This document shows, one piece after another, positions 20,037 through 31,323 of a stretch of 64,000 bases of DNA. The DNA is from an uncultured Verrucomicrobiae bacterium. Its GTDB lineage: Bacteria; Verrucomicrobiota; Verrucomicrobiia; Chthoniobacterales; JAFAMB01. The stretch's first letter is position 1, and every line of letters begins with the position of its first letter. Position numbers and translations under genes: made by a program. Location: the NCBI GenBank assembly GCA_963808535.1, contig CAWEGF010000015.1:22526-86525 (forward strand), given 5' to 3'. Under the pieces are notes generated by a model. The model saw only the letters and a list, made by a program, of their open reading frames with translations. It was not told the DNA's origin and made no database searches.

Positions 20037-21829
20037 CTACGAAAGGTGGTGCGCCTCTTCCAGACCATAGACTGGAGTTGGAACCCCTTCCTTCCTGGCC
20101 TTGATCTGCAAAGCTAGAAATTGCGAATAGTGCCGCGACTGGTGAAGATTACCGCCGTGAAACCAGAGCGCTGTTTGCTGGGTCGGTTTCCACATATTGC
20201 GCAATTCGCCTTCCCACGGGCCAGGGTCCTTCGCAGTGCCAGAGCCTAATCCCCAACATTTGCCGACTTTGTTCGCCACCTCTTGGGAAATGATCCTGGC
20301 GGCCCAACCGTTCATGGATCCGTATCCGGTTGCGTAGACAATCAAATCGGCCGGCAATTCGCTGCCGTCAGTCATGACCACTGAATGTTCCTTCAGGCGC
20401 TGGATCCCAATTCCGCTTTTCAGCTTGATCTTCCCTTCCGCGATTAATTGAGAAGCCCCAACATCGATGTAATATCCAGATCCTCGCCGCAGATACTTGA
20501 CAAACAATCCTGAACCGTCTTCGCCAAAATCAAGTAAGAAACCTGCCTTGGTGAGACGGTCGTAAAATTCCGCGTCTAGTTTCGTTATTTCCTGGTAAAG
20601 CGGAATATGGAAAGTGGGCAGCATCTTGTAGGGTATGGAAGCGAAAATTAAGTCAGCGACATCGGTAGTAATGCCGCCTTTAACCGCCGCTTCGGAGTAA
20701 AGACTACCTAATCCCATCTCCATTAAGATGTCCGATCGAACGACATTGGTCGATGAGCGCTGGATCATCGTCACATCTGCGCCGTGCTCCCAAAGATCAG
20801 CGCAAATGTCGTGAGCCGAGTTACCGGCCCCGACCACGATGCAGGTCTGGCCGCGAAATTCCTCGCCGCTGGTGTGCTTGCTGGAATGATGTTGCCTTCC
20901 TTTAAAAGTTTTGGCGCCCGGGATTTCGGGAATATTGGGTACTCCGGACATTCCGGTCGCCAGGACTAATTGTTTCGGACGAAGGACCACCGTCTCCCCC
21001 GCCCGGTTGACTGTCACCACCCACTCTCGGGATGCTTCGTCGTAAACGGCACCCTGGCACTCCGTCGAATGCCAAAAGTTTAGCTCCATGACCTTGGTGT
21101 ACATCTCCAGCCAGTCGCCGAGCTTATCTTTTGGACAGAAGATCGGCCAATGGTCCGGAAACGGAAGGTAGGGCATATGATCGTACCAAACGGGGTCGTG
21201 GAGACAGAGTGACTTGTAGCGTTTGCGCCAGGAATCTCCCGGTCGATCGTTTTTCTCAATGATGATCGTCGGCACTTCCAACTGTTTCAGTCTGGCCCCC
21301 AAGGCGATGCCGCCTTGTCCACCACCGATAATAAGACAATAGGGTTGTGCGGAGACGCCTAATGTCGCGGCTTCCTCGTTCCTTCGTTCCAGCCAGTTTT
21401 GCCGGTTGGAGTAGGCGCCATGTTGAACACCTTTGGGACGAACTGCCCCTTTTTTCTCCTCGAAACCCTTCAACTCAACCATGGTCGTCAAGAGCGTCAT
21501 ACATTTTCCGTCTTTCAAACGGAGATGGCCCTTACCTCGCGCGACCGTGGTCTCGAAAGAAAACCAACTGCTGATCACCCCATTGTCCAACGCGGCATCA
21601 CCCTCGATCCGCCATGGAGCCTGGCTTCGCGGCCGGGACCGTCGCTTCCAGCATCGCCTTGATCTGTTCTTTCCCTTCCGCGGTTTTGATATTCCAGGTA
21701 AAGGAAACCAGGTCGCGCCAATAACTCTCGTCGGCAAACAGCCTCGACCGCCGCGTCGAAATCCAGGCGATCAAGGGCCGCACTAAAATTGGCTAACCAT
21801 TCGGATACCTTTGGAGTGAAGTCAGTCAT
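20037..21829 (-). CDS. Flavin-containing monooxygenase (CzcO-like) with N-terminal SnoaL-like region; two frameshifts near the 5' end
   Basis: GGGQGG FAD motif, FKGRQHHSSKH FMO motif, GAGNSA, ATGY; N-terminus split over ORFs 21575..21829 and 21598..21783. Confidence 0.88.
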
Positions 21830-22009
21830 ATTACGTCTCCTTCAAAGAAATAGAGTCGGTGGATAAGGTTATTTTGCGATTGAACGGTTTAGCCGGCCCC
21901 ATCGGAGGTCACTTGCGGTAAGTCAAGCGATCGGGTAACCACGATCAGAGACAGGAGGCTAGAAGCTAGCAGGTTGAGGTGTTCGGGATGATTGTTTACT
22001 TCGAGATGG

Positions 22010-22496
22010 CTAACCCTCTTGGCCCGCCGTTGATTTAGCTGCTAAACGCTTTCCGAATGTTTCCAGGATCTCGGCCGCGGCGGCCAGACCTCGCCGGCTT
22101 TCCTGGCTGGTAAGTTTCTGCACCAGAGAGAAAAGTCCGGGCGTTTCCTTCCGTTTCGCCGACGCCTGCGCCAAACCCTCAGGAACGGAATCAATCAAAT
22201 GCTCAAGCAATTCAGGCTCAATGCTGCCCAACATCTTGGCTCAAAAGAATCACGTTGCGAACCGTCCGAATCGCTTCCGGCGTTTTGGCGGTTTCGACGA
22301 CGGTCTCGAGCACAAAATCGCTGGCACTCAGAACACCTTTTAGCGCGTCCAGGACGCCACGATCGTGCAAACCTTGAAGGATATCATAGACCGCCAAGAG
22401 CGCCTCGGCATGCTCTACCGGGGCCGCTTCCAGCCGGGAATGAAGTTCTTCACGAGGGTCACGTGGCAACGGTTGAAAGCGAATTGGAGCAGCCAT
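22010..22496 (-). CDS. DUF1641 family protein (YjgD/ForE-like FDH partner); frameshift near 22235
   Basis: LQGLHDRGVLDALKG and PGLFSLVQKL..RRGL; directly downstream of the FDH gene; GGAG RBS. Confidence 0.75.
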
Positions 22497-25400
22497 GATT
22501 TTCTCCTGGTTACTGGTTCGAGTGCTGTTTCGTTGCTTGACATCCTACGGCTTCCCGGCATCCGGTAGTCGGCTCGTTTCCATTTCCTCTCGACCTCCAC
22601 GCCACGCTGAGGAGTGGGATTCCCGAAGCGGGAATTGCCTCGTGGCAAAGGCGACTCACCCGATTCGTCCAAGAGTCGCATCTTGACGGCAGTTTCTTTG
22701 TACGCCGGCGTGTGGGTGGCTCGATCCGTATGACTCCCGGTAAGCCGGTTCACCGCATTTTCACTCGAATTCATCGGCAGATAAAGTTGATGCCCTTGCA
22801 CTCGGTCCGTCACCAAGGCGCGGAGACGAACCCGGCCATGGCGAGAGCTCAATTCCACCCAGCGCCAGTTTCGATCTTTCGTTCGGCGGCCAAGGCAGGC
22901 GAAATCTCGATCCAGGTATCGGGAGTCTTCTCCTTAATCCGTCGACCCGATAGGTCATGTTGCCTTCATGGAAGTGTTCGAGAAGTCGGCCATTGTTTAG
23001 CTGCAGGTCAAACTCGGCGTCTACCTGCTCGTAGGGCTCAATCCATCCAACTGGAAAAAATCTGGCTTTTCCGTCCGGGAAATTAAATCCCTTGGTGAAG
23101 AGGAGCGGTTCATCGGTGCCATCGGGATGGACGGGCCATTGCAGCGTCTGGTAACCCTCAAGCCTCTCGTAGGTCACCCCGGCGAACAACGGGGTCAGCG
23201 AAGCGATCTCCCGCATGATTTCCGAGGGATGCCCGTAGTTCCAGTTGGCCCCTAACCGATTGGCGATTTCTTGAATGATTTGCCAATCCGGCTCGAGCCT
23301 CTGCCAGCGGTTCGAAGACCTGGTGGAGCCGCTGAATGCGCGCTTCGGTATTGGTGAAGGTTCCTTCTTTCTCGAGGCTGGGAGCGGCCGGCAAAATGAC
23401 ATCGGCAAACCGGCAAGTGTCACTGAAGAAAATTTCCTGAACCACGAAGAACTCCAGTTTGGAGAAGGCGTCTCCCACCAGGTTGGCATTCGCATCGACC
23501 AAGCTCATCTCTTCGCCGTACAAATACATCGCCTTCAGTTTGCCTTCGAAGATCGCGTCGACCATTTCATGGTTATCGAGCCCCCTGGTCCGCGGGAAGG
23601 TGACATTCCAGCTCTTTTCAAAGCGATCGCGCACCTCCGGATCGTCCACCGACTGATACCCCGGAAAGGCGATCGGGCAACGCACCCATGTCGGAAGCAC
23701 CCTGCACATTGTTATGTCCGCGCAACGGATAAGACCTGCCCCGGGCCGCATATAGTTGCCGGTCAACAACAACAGATTTGAGATGGCCGTGGAGGTATCG
23801 GAGCCGATGTAATGCTGGGTAACTCCCATCGCCCAGCAAACGCAGACACCATCCGCCTTCGACGATCATCTGCGCGACCTTTGACGAGCGTTTCAATCGG
23901 AATCCCGGTAACCTGTTCCGCATACTCCATGCGTAAACGGTTCGAGACTCTTCTTATATTCGTCAAATCCATTCACCCAGTGCTCGATGAAATCTTTGCT
24001 GGCCAAGACCATTGTCGAGGACGTAGCGGCTGACTGCCGAAAGCCAGACCAGATCGGTACCGGGTTTAGGCCGGAAATGAAGGTCGGCTCGCCTCGGCCA
24101 TTTCATGCCTCCGCATATCGGCGACGATCAATTTTTGGCCGTGAAGTTTATGCGCCCGCTTGATCCGGGTCGCCAAGACCGGATGACTCTCCGCGGTATT
24201 CGCTCCAACGATGATCACCAAACCGGCACGCTCCAGATCTTTAATCGAACCGCTGTCTCCGCCGTGACCGACGGTTCTGAACAAACCCATGGTGGCCGGC
24301 GACTGGCAATAACGAGAACAATTGTCGACATTGTTGGTGCCAATCACCGCGCGCGCCAGTTTCTGCATCAGATATGCTTCTTCGTTAGTGCATTTCGACG
24401 AGGCAATGAATGCAAGCGCGTCCGGTCCGTGTTCCTGTTTAATCTCGGAAAGCTTGCTCGCGACCAGCCCCAGAGCCTCATCCCAAGTCGCTTCGCGAAA
24501 CTTCTCTCCCTCTCGGATCAGCGGCTTGGTCAAACGGTCCTGGCTATTGACAAAATCCCAACCGAACTTGCCTTTTACACAGGTCGAAACACCGTTGGCG
24601 GGCCCTCCGAGGGTTCAATCTTCAGAATATGGCGATCTTTCGTCCAAATATCGAAACTGCAACCCACGCCGCAATAGGTGCAAACCGTCTTGGTACGACG
24701 AATCCGCGATTTCCGCATCGCGGCTTCGACCTCTGAAACCTTCAGAATCGATCCGTAGCCAAGTTCCGGTTCAATCCCTTTGACGATATCGATCATCCCG
24801 TCAAGGCGTTGTGCGGAATGGCGGTCATAAACCCGGCTTCGCCGATCATCGATTTTTCCATCAAGGCGTTGCAGGGGCAGACCGTCACACAATGGCCGCA
24901 GGAAACGCAGCTGGATTCGCCGATCGGTTTACCGCCGTCCCACAAAACGCGCGGATGCGATCTTCCCAGCGGATCGAGAGCGTTTCGTTCACCTGCAGAT
25001 TTGGCAGGCCTCCACACACCGCCCACACAGGATACACTGGTTCGGGTCGTACCGATAGAATGGATTGGTTTTGTCGACTTCGTAAGGCTTGGTACGAAAG
25101 GGAATTTTTTGGTGCTCAACCTTCAGCAGCTGCAGTCGTATTATGAACGGTGCAATTGCCGTTGTTGTTATCGCAAACGGTACAGTACAAAAGATGGTTT
25201 CCTAAGATCCGGTCGAAGGCCTCTCGCTGAGCTGCCATTCGGCTTTCGCGGATGCGGTGAGCACCGACATCCCTGCGAGACCATCGTTCCGCAAGCCCGC
25301 GCCAGCTGGCCGTTCACTTCCACCAAGCAGGTATCGCACGTCTGGATCGGGCCTAGCTGCGGGTGATAGCAGACCTGAGGAATGTTCAGCCCAGCTCGAT

Positions 25401-25497
25401 TGATCGCGTCCACCAATCGTTCGCCCGCCTCAGACCGATGACTTGCGCCATTGATCCTTATGGTAGCCGCACGCAACTCCGCCGGTGGACTTGTCAT
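22415..25497 (-). CDS. Formate dehydrogenase alpha subunit, YjgC/ForC type; many frameshifts
   Basis: Fragments contain QTCDTC 2Fe-2[13 protein letters not shown] ferredoxin, [46 protein letters not shown]; 3' end uncertain. Confidence 0.88.
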
Positions 25498-25516
25498 TGG
25501 TAGCCTCCTTTTTCTG

Positions 25517-26683
25517 CTATCGTTTTTGACCGTTCTCCATTTTCGTCCAGACTGCTCCCCCCTTGGCACTCCGAACGGCGGTCGCGATAAACAGCATTCC
25601 TTCCACGCCGTCTTTCACCGTAGGAAAATCACAATCGGCAGGAATCGGTTGCCCGTTAATCTCGGCGTCAATCGCTCTGGCAGCCTCGAGATAAATGTTG
25701 GCAAATCCCTCTAGAAAAGCCTCCGGATGGCCAGCGGGAATCCGCGTGAACCGCTTCGCGGCGTCACTGAGATAGCCATTGCCTCGCCGGAGGATGCGTC
25801 GCGGCGCCTCCGGATACTTGACGATCAAATCGTTAGGATCTTCCTGGTGCCACTCGAGCGACGCCTTGGTCCCGTAGACCCGGATGCTCAAGCTATTTTC
25901 CTCTCCAACGGAAATCTGCGAGGCATAGAGAACGCCTTTTGCTCCTCCTTTGAAGCGGACCAGCATATTCGCATCATCTTCCAGCAGCCGACCTTTGACG
26001 AACGCCGTGAAATCGGCACATATCTCGTCGATCTCCAGGCCAGTGATATAACGAGTCAGATTTTCGGCGTGCGTTCCGATGTCTCCAACGCAACTTGACG
26101 CCCCAGCCTGCTCTGGGTTGGTTCGCCAGGCGGCTTGTTTTTGACCTTCTTCATCGATGGGGTTGATTAACCATCCTTGGGGATATTCAACCACCACCTT
26201 CAGAAGTTTGCCCAGCTCGCCGTGGCGAACCAGCTCCCGAGCTTCCTTCACCATCGGGTAGCCGGTATAATTATGGGTCAGGGCAAAGACCTTCCCGGTT
26301 TTTCGCACCACTTGCTCAAGGTCAAGGGCTTCTTCCAGATTGAAAGCGAGTGGCTTGTCACAGACGACATTGAAGCCCGCTTCAAGGAACGCCTTGGCCA
26401 CCGGCACGTGCGTCCGGTTCGGCGTCACAATGGAAACAAAGTCGATCCGTTCGCCGACCGGCAATCGAAGTTCCCGCTCCACCATCGTCTGGTAATCTGG
26501 ATAGACCCGATTCGGGTCTAGCAGCAGGTCCTCGCCGGAGAGTCTCGATTTCTCCGCATTCGAAGAGAAAGCTCCCGCCACCAGGTCTATTTTTCCGTCG
26601 AGCCGCATGGCGATCCGGTGAACCGCTCCGATGAAGGCGTCTCGTCCGCCGCCCACCATGCCAGCTTTTAATTTTCGCTTCAT
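25517..26683 (-). CDS. Gfo/Idh/MocA family oxidoreductase
   Basis: GMVGGGRDAFIGAVHR, VVCDKP, HNYTGYPM, GDIGTHA, PAGHPEAF. Confidence 0.93.
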   Translation of the reverse strand: MKRKLKAGMVGGGRDAFIGAVHRIAMRLDGKIDLVAGAFSSNAEKSRLSGEDLLLDPNRVYPDYQTMVERELRLPVGERIDFVSIVTPNRTHVPVAKAFLEAGFNVVCDKPLAFNLEEALDLEQVVRKTGKVFALTHNYTGYPMVKEARELVRHGELGKLLKVVVEYPQGWLINPIDEEGQKQAAWRTNPEQAGASSCVGDIGTHAENLTRYITGLEIDEICADFTAFVKGRLLEDDANMLVRFKGGAKGVLYASQISVGEENSLSIRVYGTKASLEWHQEDPNDLIVKYPEAPRRILRRGNGYLSDAAKRFTRIPAGHPEAFLEGFANIYLEAARAIDAEINGQPIPADCDFPTVKDGVEGMLFIATAVRSAKGGAVWTKMENGQKR

Positions 26684-27149
26684 AAAATTTACCTTCCAGA
26701 TCGGGCCAAGGTCAGGGCAAGTATAATGATCACCCCGCGAACAATTAATTGTCGGCTAAATTCAAATCCCGTCGGGATCAGACCATTTTTGCTTAAGTCA
26801 TCATCAGAACGCCAATCATGACCTCGCCACCCAGCCAAAGCTTGAACAAGCTTCTTCTTCCAAAGGGGCGTCACGATCAAAAACTCTGAATAGTTGGGGG
26901 ATTCTTCTTCGTTGCGGAGCTTACTCTCGACGATTGGCTGACCAGGAGATTTCTCTTTATTGGCCGCCGAAAGCAGAGAGCCTTCTCATTATTTCCGCGG
27001 AGATTTTTTAAAGAAACTGATTGTTTAGCAAGCCAAAACCCCGGATTCCTGGTTTCGGATTTTCAATAACTCGGTGCACTCTGGGTCCGGGTACTAAATA
27101 TTTTTCCTTCGCATCCCCTTCTCCCTCAGTGTTGTTTTCGTTTCCTCAA

Positions 27150-27196
27150 CCACTATATGTTGTATTTTCAGGGTGATTTGGTACTATATCCGGGCA
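27150..27196. promoter_or_regulatory. Tandem NrdR-box-like motifs
   Basis: ccaCtAtATgTtGtat (27150-27165) closely matches acaCwAtATaTwGtgt; weaker copy gtaCtAtATccgGgca starts 31 bp later. Confidence 0.55.
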
Positions 27197-27369
27197 TGAG
27201 CGAGGCAATTTCTACCGGAGTGTGGCCTAATCGTTGAGCGCCAGCATCTTGCAGCAGGCCGAATCTCTCTTCTCTTCGGTTCTGCTGACGCGGCAAAGAG
27301 CTTCATCTCTTTGCGCCTCCTGACCGGTGCGCCCCCCAAGTCTGAACCTCCTTTAGCGCACCTGGAGAC

Positions 27370-29173
27370 GTGCCAGCAAAACGCCGCATGCGAGTAAGGC
27401 GAAACATCACCCGCGCGGCATGGCGTCTCGCCAAGTGTTATTGGACATCGGAAGAAAAATGGTCTGCCTGGGCGCTGCTGATCGGAGTCATCGGGCTCAA
27501 CCTCGGGAATGTCTATATCAGCGTGCGGATCAATGAATGGAATCGCTCCTTCTACAACGCGCTCCAGGCTTTCGACCGGGGAGAGTTATTCCGGCAACTG
27601 GGCCTTTTCTGCATTCTGGTCTTTTTCGCGATTTCCATGTCGGTCTATGGACTGTACCTCAGTCAGATGCTGCAGATCCGCTGGCGGCGCTGGTTGACCA
27701 GCAGGTACCTGGATGCCTGGTTGGCCGAACAGGCTTACTATCAATTGGAGTTGGGCGGCCGGACCGATAACCCCGACCAGCGAATCGCCGAGGATCTCCA
27801 CCAATTCACTACCTTTGTGTTAAGTCTCTCCATTGGGTTGATCAGCTCGGTGGTCTCCTTGATTTCGTTTCTGGTGATTCTCTGGGGACTTATCTGGCCC
27901 GGCCGATATCGCCCTGGGTCAATGGGGGACCCTGCATATCCCGGCCTATCTGGTCTGGGCCGCCTTGCTCTATGCCGGCATCGGTACCTGGCTAACGATT
28001 ATCATTGGTCGTCCGCTGGTCCCCTTAAATTATGCTCGTCAGCGTTTTGAAGCCGATTTCCGCTTCAGCTTGGTGCGCTTTAGAGAAAACGCCGAGAGTG
28101 TCGCCCTCTACGGAGGCGAACCGGTCGAGCTCAAGCTTTTCAAGGAACGTTTTGGCAGCGTATTTGAGAATTTCTGTCAGATCATGAAGCGCCAAAAACG
28201 CCTGACCTGGTTCACCTTAGGCTATGCCCAAGTGGCGGTGATCTTTCCGGTGGTGATGATTTCGCCGCGTTACTTTCTCAAGCAGATCGGCCTGGGCGGC
28301 CTGATGCAAGCGGTGAATGCCTTCTCCTTTGTCCAGAACGCCCTTTCCTTTATCATCAATGCCTACGCTGATATTGCCGCCTGGCAGGCGGTGACCGAAC
28401 GGTTAGGTGGTTTCGAGGAGCGGTTGCAGGCCCTCCACCACGCCAAACGAACTGCCGGACAGATAGTGATTCGCCGTGGAGGAATGGGCGTAGCACTTAA
28501 AGAACTCGATGTTGATTTGCCCGATGGCACCCCGCTCTTGCGCGGAGTGAATTTTGCTCCGGCCCGAGGCGGAGCGGTGCTCATCGCCGGGGTGAGCGGC
28601 GCGGGCAAGAGCACCTTGCTGCGGGCCATTGCCGGCATCTGGCCTTACGGCCACGGTGAAATCAGACTAGGTAAAGGACCGATGCTCTTTGTGCCGCAGC
28701 GGCCTTATCTACCGCTAGGCACTTTAGCCAGCGCGCTGCGTTATCCGCGCAGTGAAAAACATAGCTTTCCTATTCTCCGGTTGGCGATCGCGCTGGAGGA
28801 GGTCGGCCTAGGCACCCTGGCCGCCGAACTCGAGGATGCCCAGAACTGGTCTCAGCGCCTCTCGCTGGGCGAACAGCAACGACTGGCTTTTGCCCGGATC
28901 CTGCTTTTAGAACCGGCCCTCTTATTTCTGGATGAAGCTACTTCAGCTCTGGACGAGGTTTCTGAGGCTAAACTCTACGGCCTGTTGCGCGCTGCTCCCT
29001 GGCGGCCCACCATCATCAGCGTTGGTCACCGAAGCACCCTGCGCAGTTTCCACGACCAGGTTTTGGATATCGCCGCTTTCAATCCGTCGTCGGATCGTCC
29101 CGTCTATCTGCCCAGCGTCTTCCTCAATCCGCACCTAAATTTTGTGGCGACTCCCAAGCCCCACGTTTATTGA
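27370..29173 (+). CDS. ABCD/YddA/BacA(Rv1819c)-like fused ABC permease-ATPase; frameshift near 27895
   Basis: LQIRWRRWLT, DNPDQRIAED, EADFRFSL, Walker A GVSGAGKST, LSLGEQQR, LFLDEATSALD. Confidence 0.9.
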
Positions 29174-29605
29174 GTCGCCAAAATCGAAAGCGGCTCGCAA
29201 ATCGTCCGGGATTCGCAGAGGCCGCCCGCTTAGTCGATCGATGTAGACCCAATTGGTCTCAGCCTCAACGATCGCCTTTTGGTCAGTCGTTCGCAGAACC
29301 AAATATTTGCGCACGGAACTGCGTTGTTTAAATTCGGCTACCCAGGTCTGCAAGGTGATCGATTCCCCGGCAAATGCGGGACGGAGATAGGTGATAAAGT
29401 GAGAACGCACTACCCAGACCGCACCACTCTCCAGATAACGTTCCACCGGCCAACCTTGGGCCGCCGAATGCTGGATCGCGATCTCCTGCATCCAGGCAAT
29501 ATATTTGAGGTTGCTAACGTGCCCCAATTCATCAATCGCCTCTTCGGGGACAACGAAAGTCCTGGTGAACACCTGCGGCTGATCGACCGTGAATCTTGAA
29601 ACCAC
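29135..29605 (-). CDS. Acyl-CoA thioesterase (4HBT/YbgC hotdog fold)
   Basis: IDELGHVSNLKY, VVRSHFITYLRPAF. Confidence 0.88.
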   Translation of the reverse strand: MVSRFTVDQPQVFTRTFVVPEEAIDELGHVSNLKYIAWMQEIAIQHSAAQGWPVERYLESGAVWVVRSHFITYLRPAFAGESITLQTWVAEFKQRSSVRKYLVLRTTDQKAIVEAETNWVYIDRLSGRPLRIPDDLRAAFDFGDSINVGLGSRHKI

Positions 29606-29737
29606 GATTTCATCCTACGGTCAATCGAGCACCTTCGCTACCTGGGCCGGTAATTCCGCAGGTTCGAAAATCGCTGAACCTCTGTCCCTCATACGCTTGA
29701 CTTTCGCGATCGGATCTGTTCAACGAACGAGTACCCA

Positions 29738-30151
29738 ATGAATAGAAATAACTCTTTTTTCAATTCCCCGATCGTGGCGCTGACCCTTCTCCTGCTAGCA
29801 GGCTTGGCCGGATGCGCGAGCTACGATGCCCAGAATAAAGAATCGCTGTTGATCGCCGCTGGATTTCGGAGTCGAACTCCCGCGACGGCCAATCAACAAG
29901 CCATGTTCAACCGCATGACTCCGTACAAGCTCGAACGACGGATTCGTCACGACAAAGTGTTATATGCTTACGCCGACAAAGACAAAAACACCGTCTATAT
30001 CGGCGGCGAAAACGAGTATCAACACTACAAGCAACTGGCGCTGCAGCAGTCGATTGCCCAGGATCAACTCGAAGCGGCTCAGATCAATGAAGAATCTTCC
30101 ATGTACAATGATTTTGGTCCCTACTGGGGGCCTTGGAACGTCTGGTGGTAG
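29738..30151 (+). CDS. Hypothetical lipoprotein
   Basis: LAG-C lipobox; Trp-rich C-terminus. Confidence 0.75.
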   Translation: MNRNNSFFNSPIVALTLLLLAGLAGCASYDAQNKESLLIAAGFRSRTPATANQQAMFNRMTPYKLERRIRHDKVLYAYADKDKNTVYIGGENEYQHYKQLALQQSIAQDQLEAAQINEESSMYNDFGPYWGPWNVWW

Positions 30152-30357
30152 GCTTCGTTGTTCCTGAATGACTCCAAACACTTGCGGAGCAGCCGGTGCG
30201 ACCAAGGCTGCTCCAACTTTCTTTGGGTTTTCAGTGCGATCCAATTGTGGCCGGCTCCAAGCTGATCTGCACAGCGGGTCGCCAAGATCACGGAGCTTAA
30301 ATACTCATCGTGGAGGTCGCTGCGACCCGCGTCCGAAAAAGTGTTCGGCAACCGCTT

Positions 30358-30837
30358 TCATTCGCTGCTCTCGCCGCTCTTTTTCGGAACTGTTTTCTTC
30401 ACCGATGGTCTCGGTTTTTTGGTCGGCGACTTCTCCGATCTGGCGACGCTTTTTCTGGCCCGCGGTTTAGCTTCGGCCACAGCGGCCATCTGCGGTCTTT
30501 CCACGTAAATCATGTGAAACGCCTCAGTCGTTGCCGCATTGGCGGCATCGATTAACGCGCTCAGAATACCGTCGTCTTCCGTCAGCACGCGGCACCCGGC
30601 CATAATCTCAGCGTGCTGCTGGGAAACAGCCGCCAGTAAAGAAGTCCTGGGAGGATTCACCGTGACCATTTCCGAATAGGACTGCAGGATCAACTTCTGG
30701 ACGACCGACGTCAGCACCGAGGCGTTGGCCGCCGAGAAAAGATCCTTGTAAGCTCTATGACCCAAGCCAATGATATCCTGCTGCCGGGCCTTGTAACCTT
30801 CAATGGCCAATCCGATTTTTGGGACAAGGTCCGACAT
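30358..30837 (-). CDS. Hypothetical protein with Lys/Pro-rich C-terminal tail
   Basis: 159-aa ORF; aggaa upstream of ATG; basic tail KPRARKS..KKPRPSVKKTVPKK. Confidence 0.6.
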   Translation of the reverse strand: MSDLVPKIGLAIEGYKARQQDIIGLGHRAYKDLFSAANASVLTSVVQKLILQSYSEMVTVNPPRTSLLAAVSQQHAEIMAGCRVLTEDDGILSALIDAANAATTEAFHMIYVERPQMAAVAEAKPRARKSVARSEKSPTKKPRPSVKKTVPKKSGESSE

Positions 30838-30924
30838 ATTGTGAAATTCCTACAACGATCGGCGCCGGTTGTCAGTTTCATTCGGAGCGGGCGAGGAAGA
30901 ATGGGAGACCGACTCGCGCAGACC

Positions 30925-31305
30925 ATGACGAAGATTTTTGGCTCCCCGGGCGTCGGCCGACCAGGGGAATCAGAAATTAGCCGGCGGTTCGCTCGATCAA
31001 CGAGCCTAGCGTTCTCCATTGGCATTTGGGTGGCCGCCATGGCCCTTTTTTTCGTCACCGAGACCCAAGCCCTCGAGGTAAACCGCGGCGAGAACATCGC
31101 CGATGCTGCTGAGCAATTGATAGGCGAACTCCGTGAGACCCATTATCAGCACCAAACCAACGCCATTCAGTCTGCCGGGATCTACGATATGGATTTGGTA
31201 ATCACTTTTGCGGTGGACGACCAGGATAGTCCGGTTGGTTTTCAATTCAACTCTCAAGCCCATTTTCACCAGGAACCAATTGCCATTGGGCGTCTCGTCC
31301 ATTAG
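30925..31305 (+). pseudogene. Possible internally deleted exported protein gene
   Basis: Signal-like segment, then ETHYQHQT..AGIYDMD joined abruptly to ITFAVDD..PIAIGRL*. Confidence 0.35.
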
Positions 31306-31323
31306 GCCGCTTCAGCCCCAGGT

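Noticed and set aside
24280-24340. Selenocysteine in the formate dehydrogenase
   Set aside because: The active-site region reads NCSRYCQ with Cys codons; the breaks are frameshifts, not an in-frame TGA.
26700-27370. Cobalamin riboswitch upstream of the BacA-like transporter
   Set aside because: I could not find the conserved cobalamin-riboswitch motifs (GGGAA core, B12 box) by eye.
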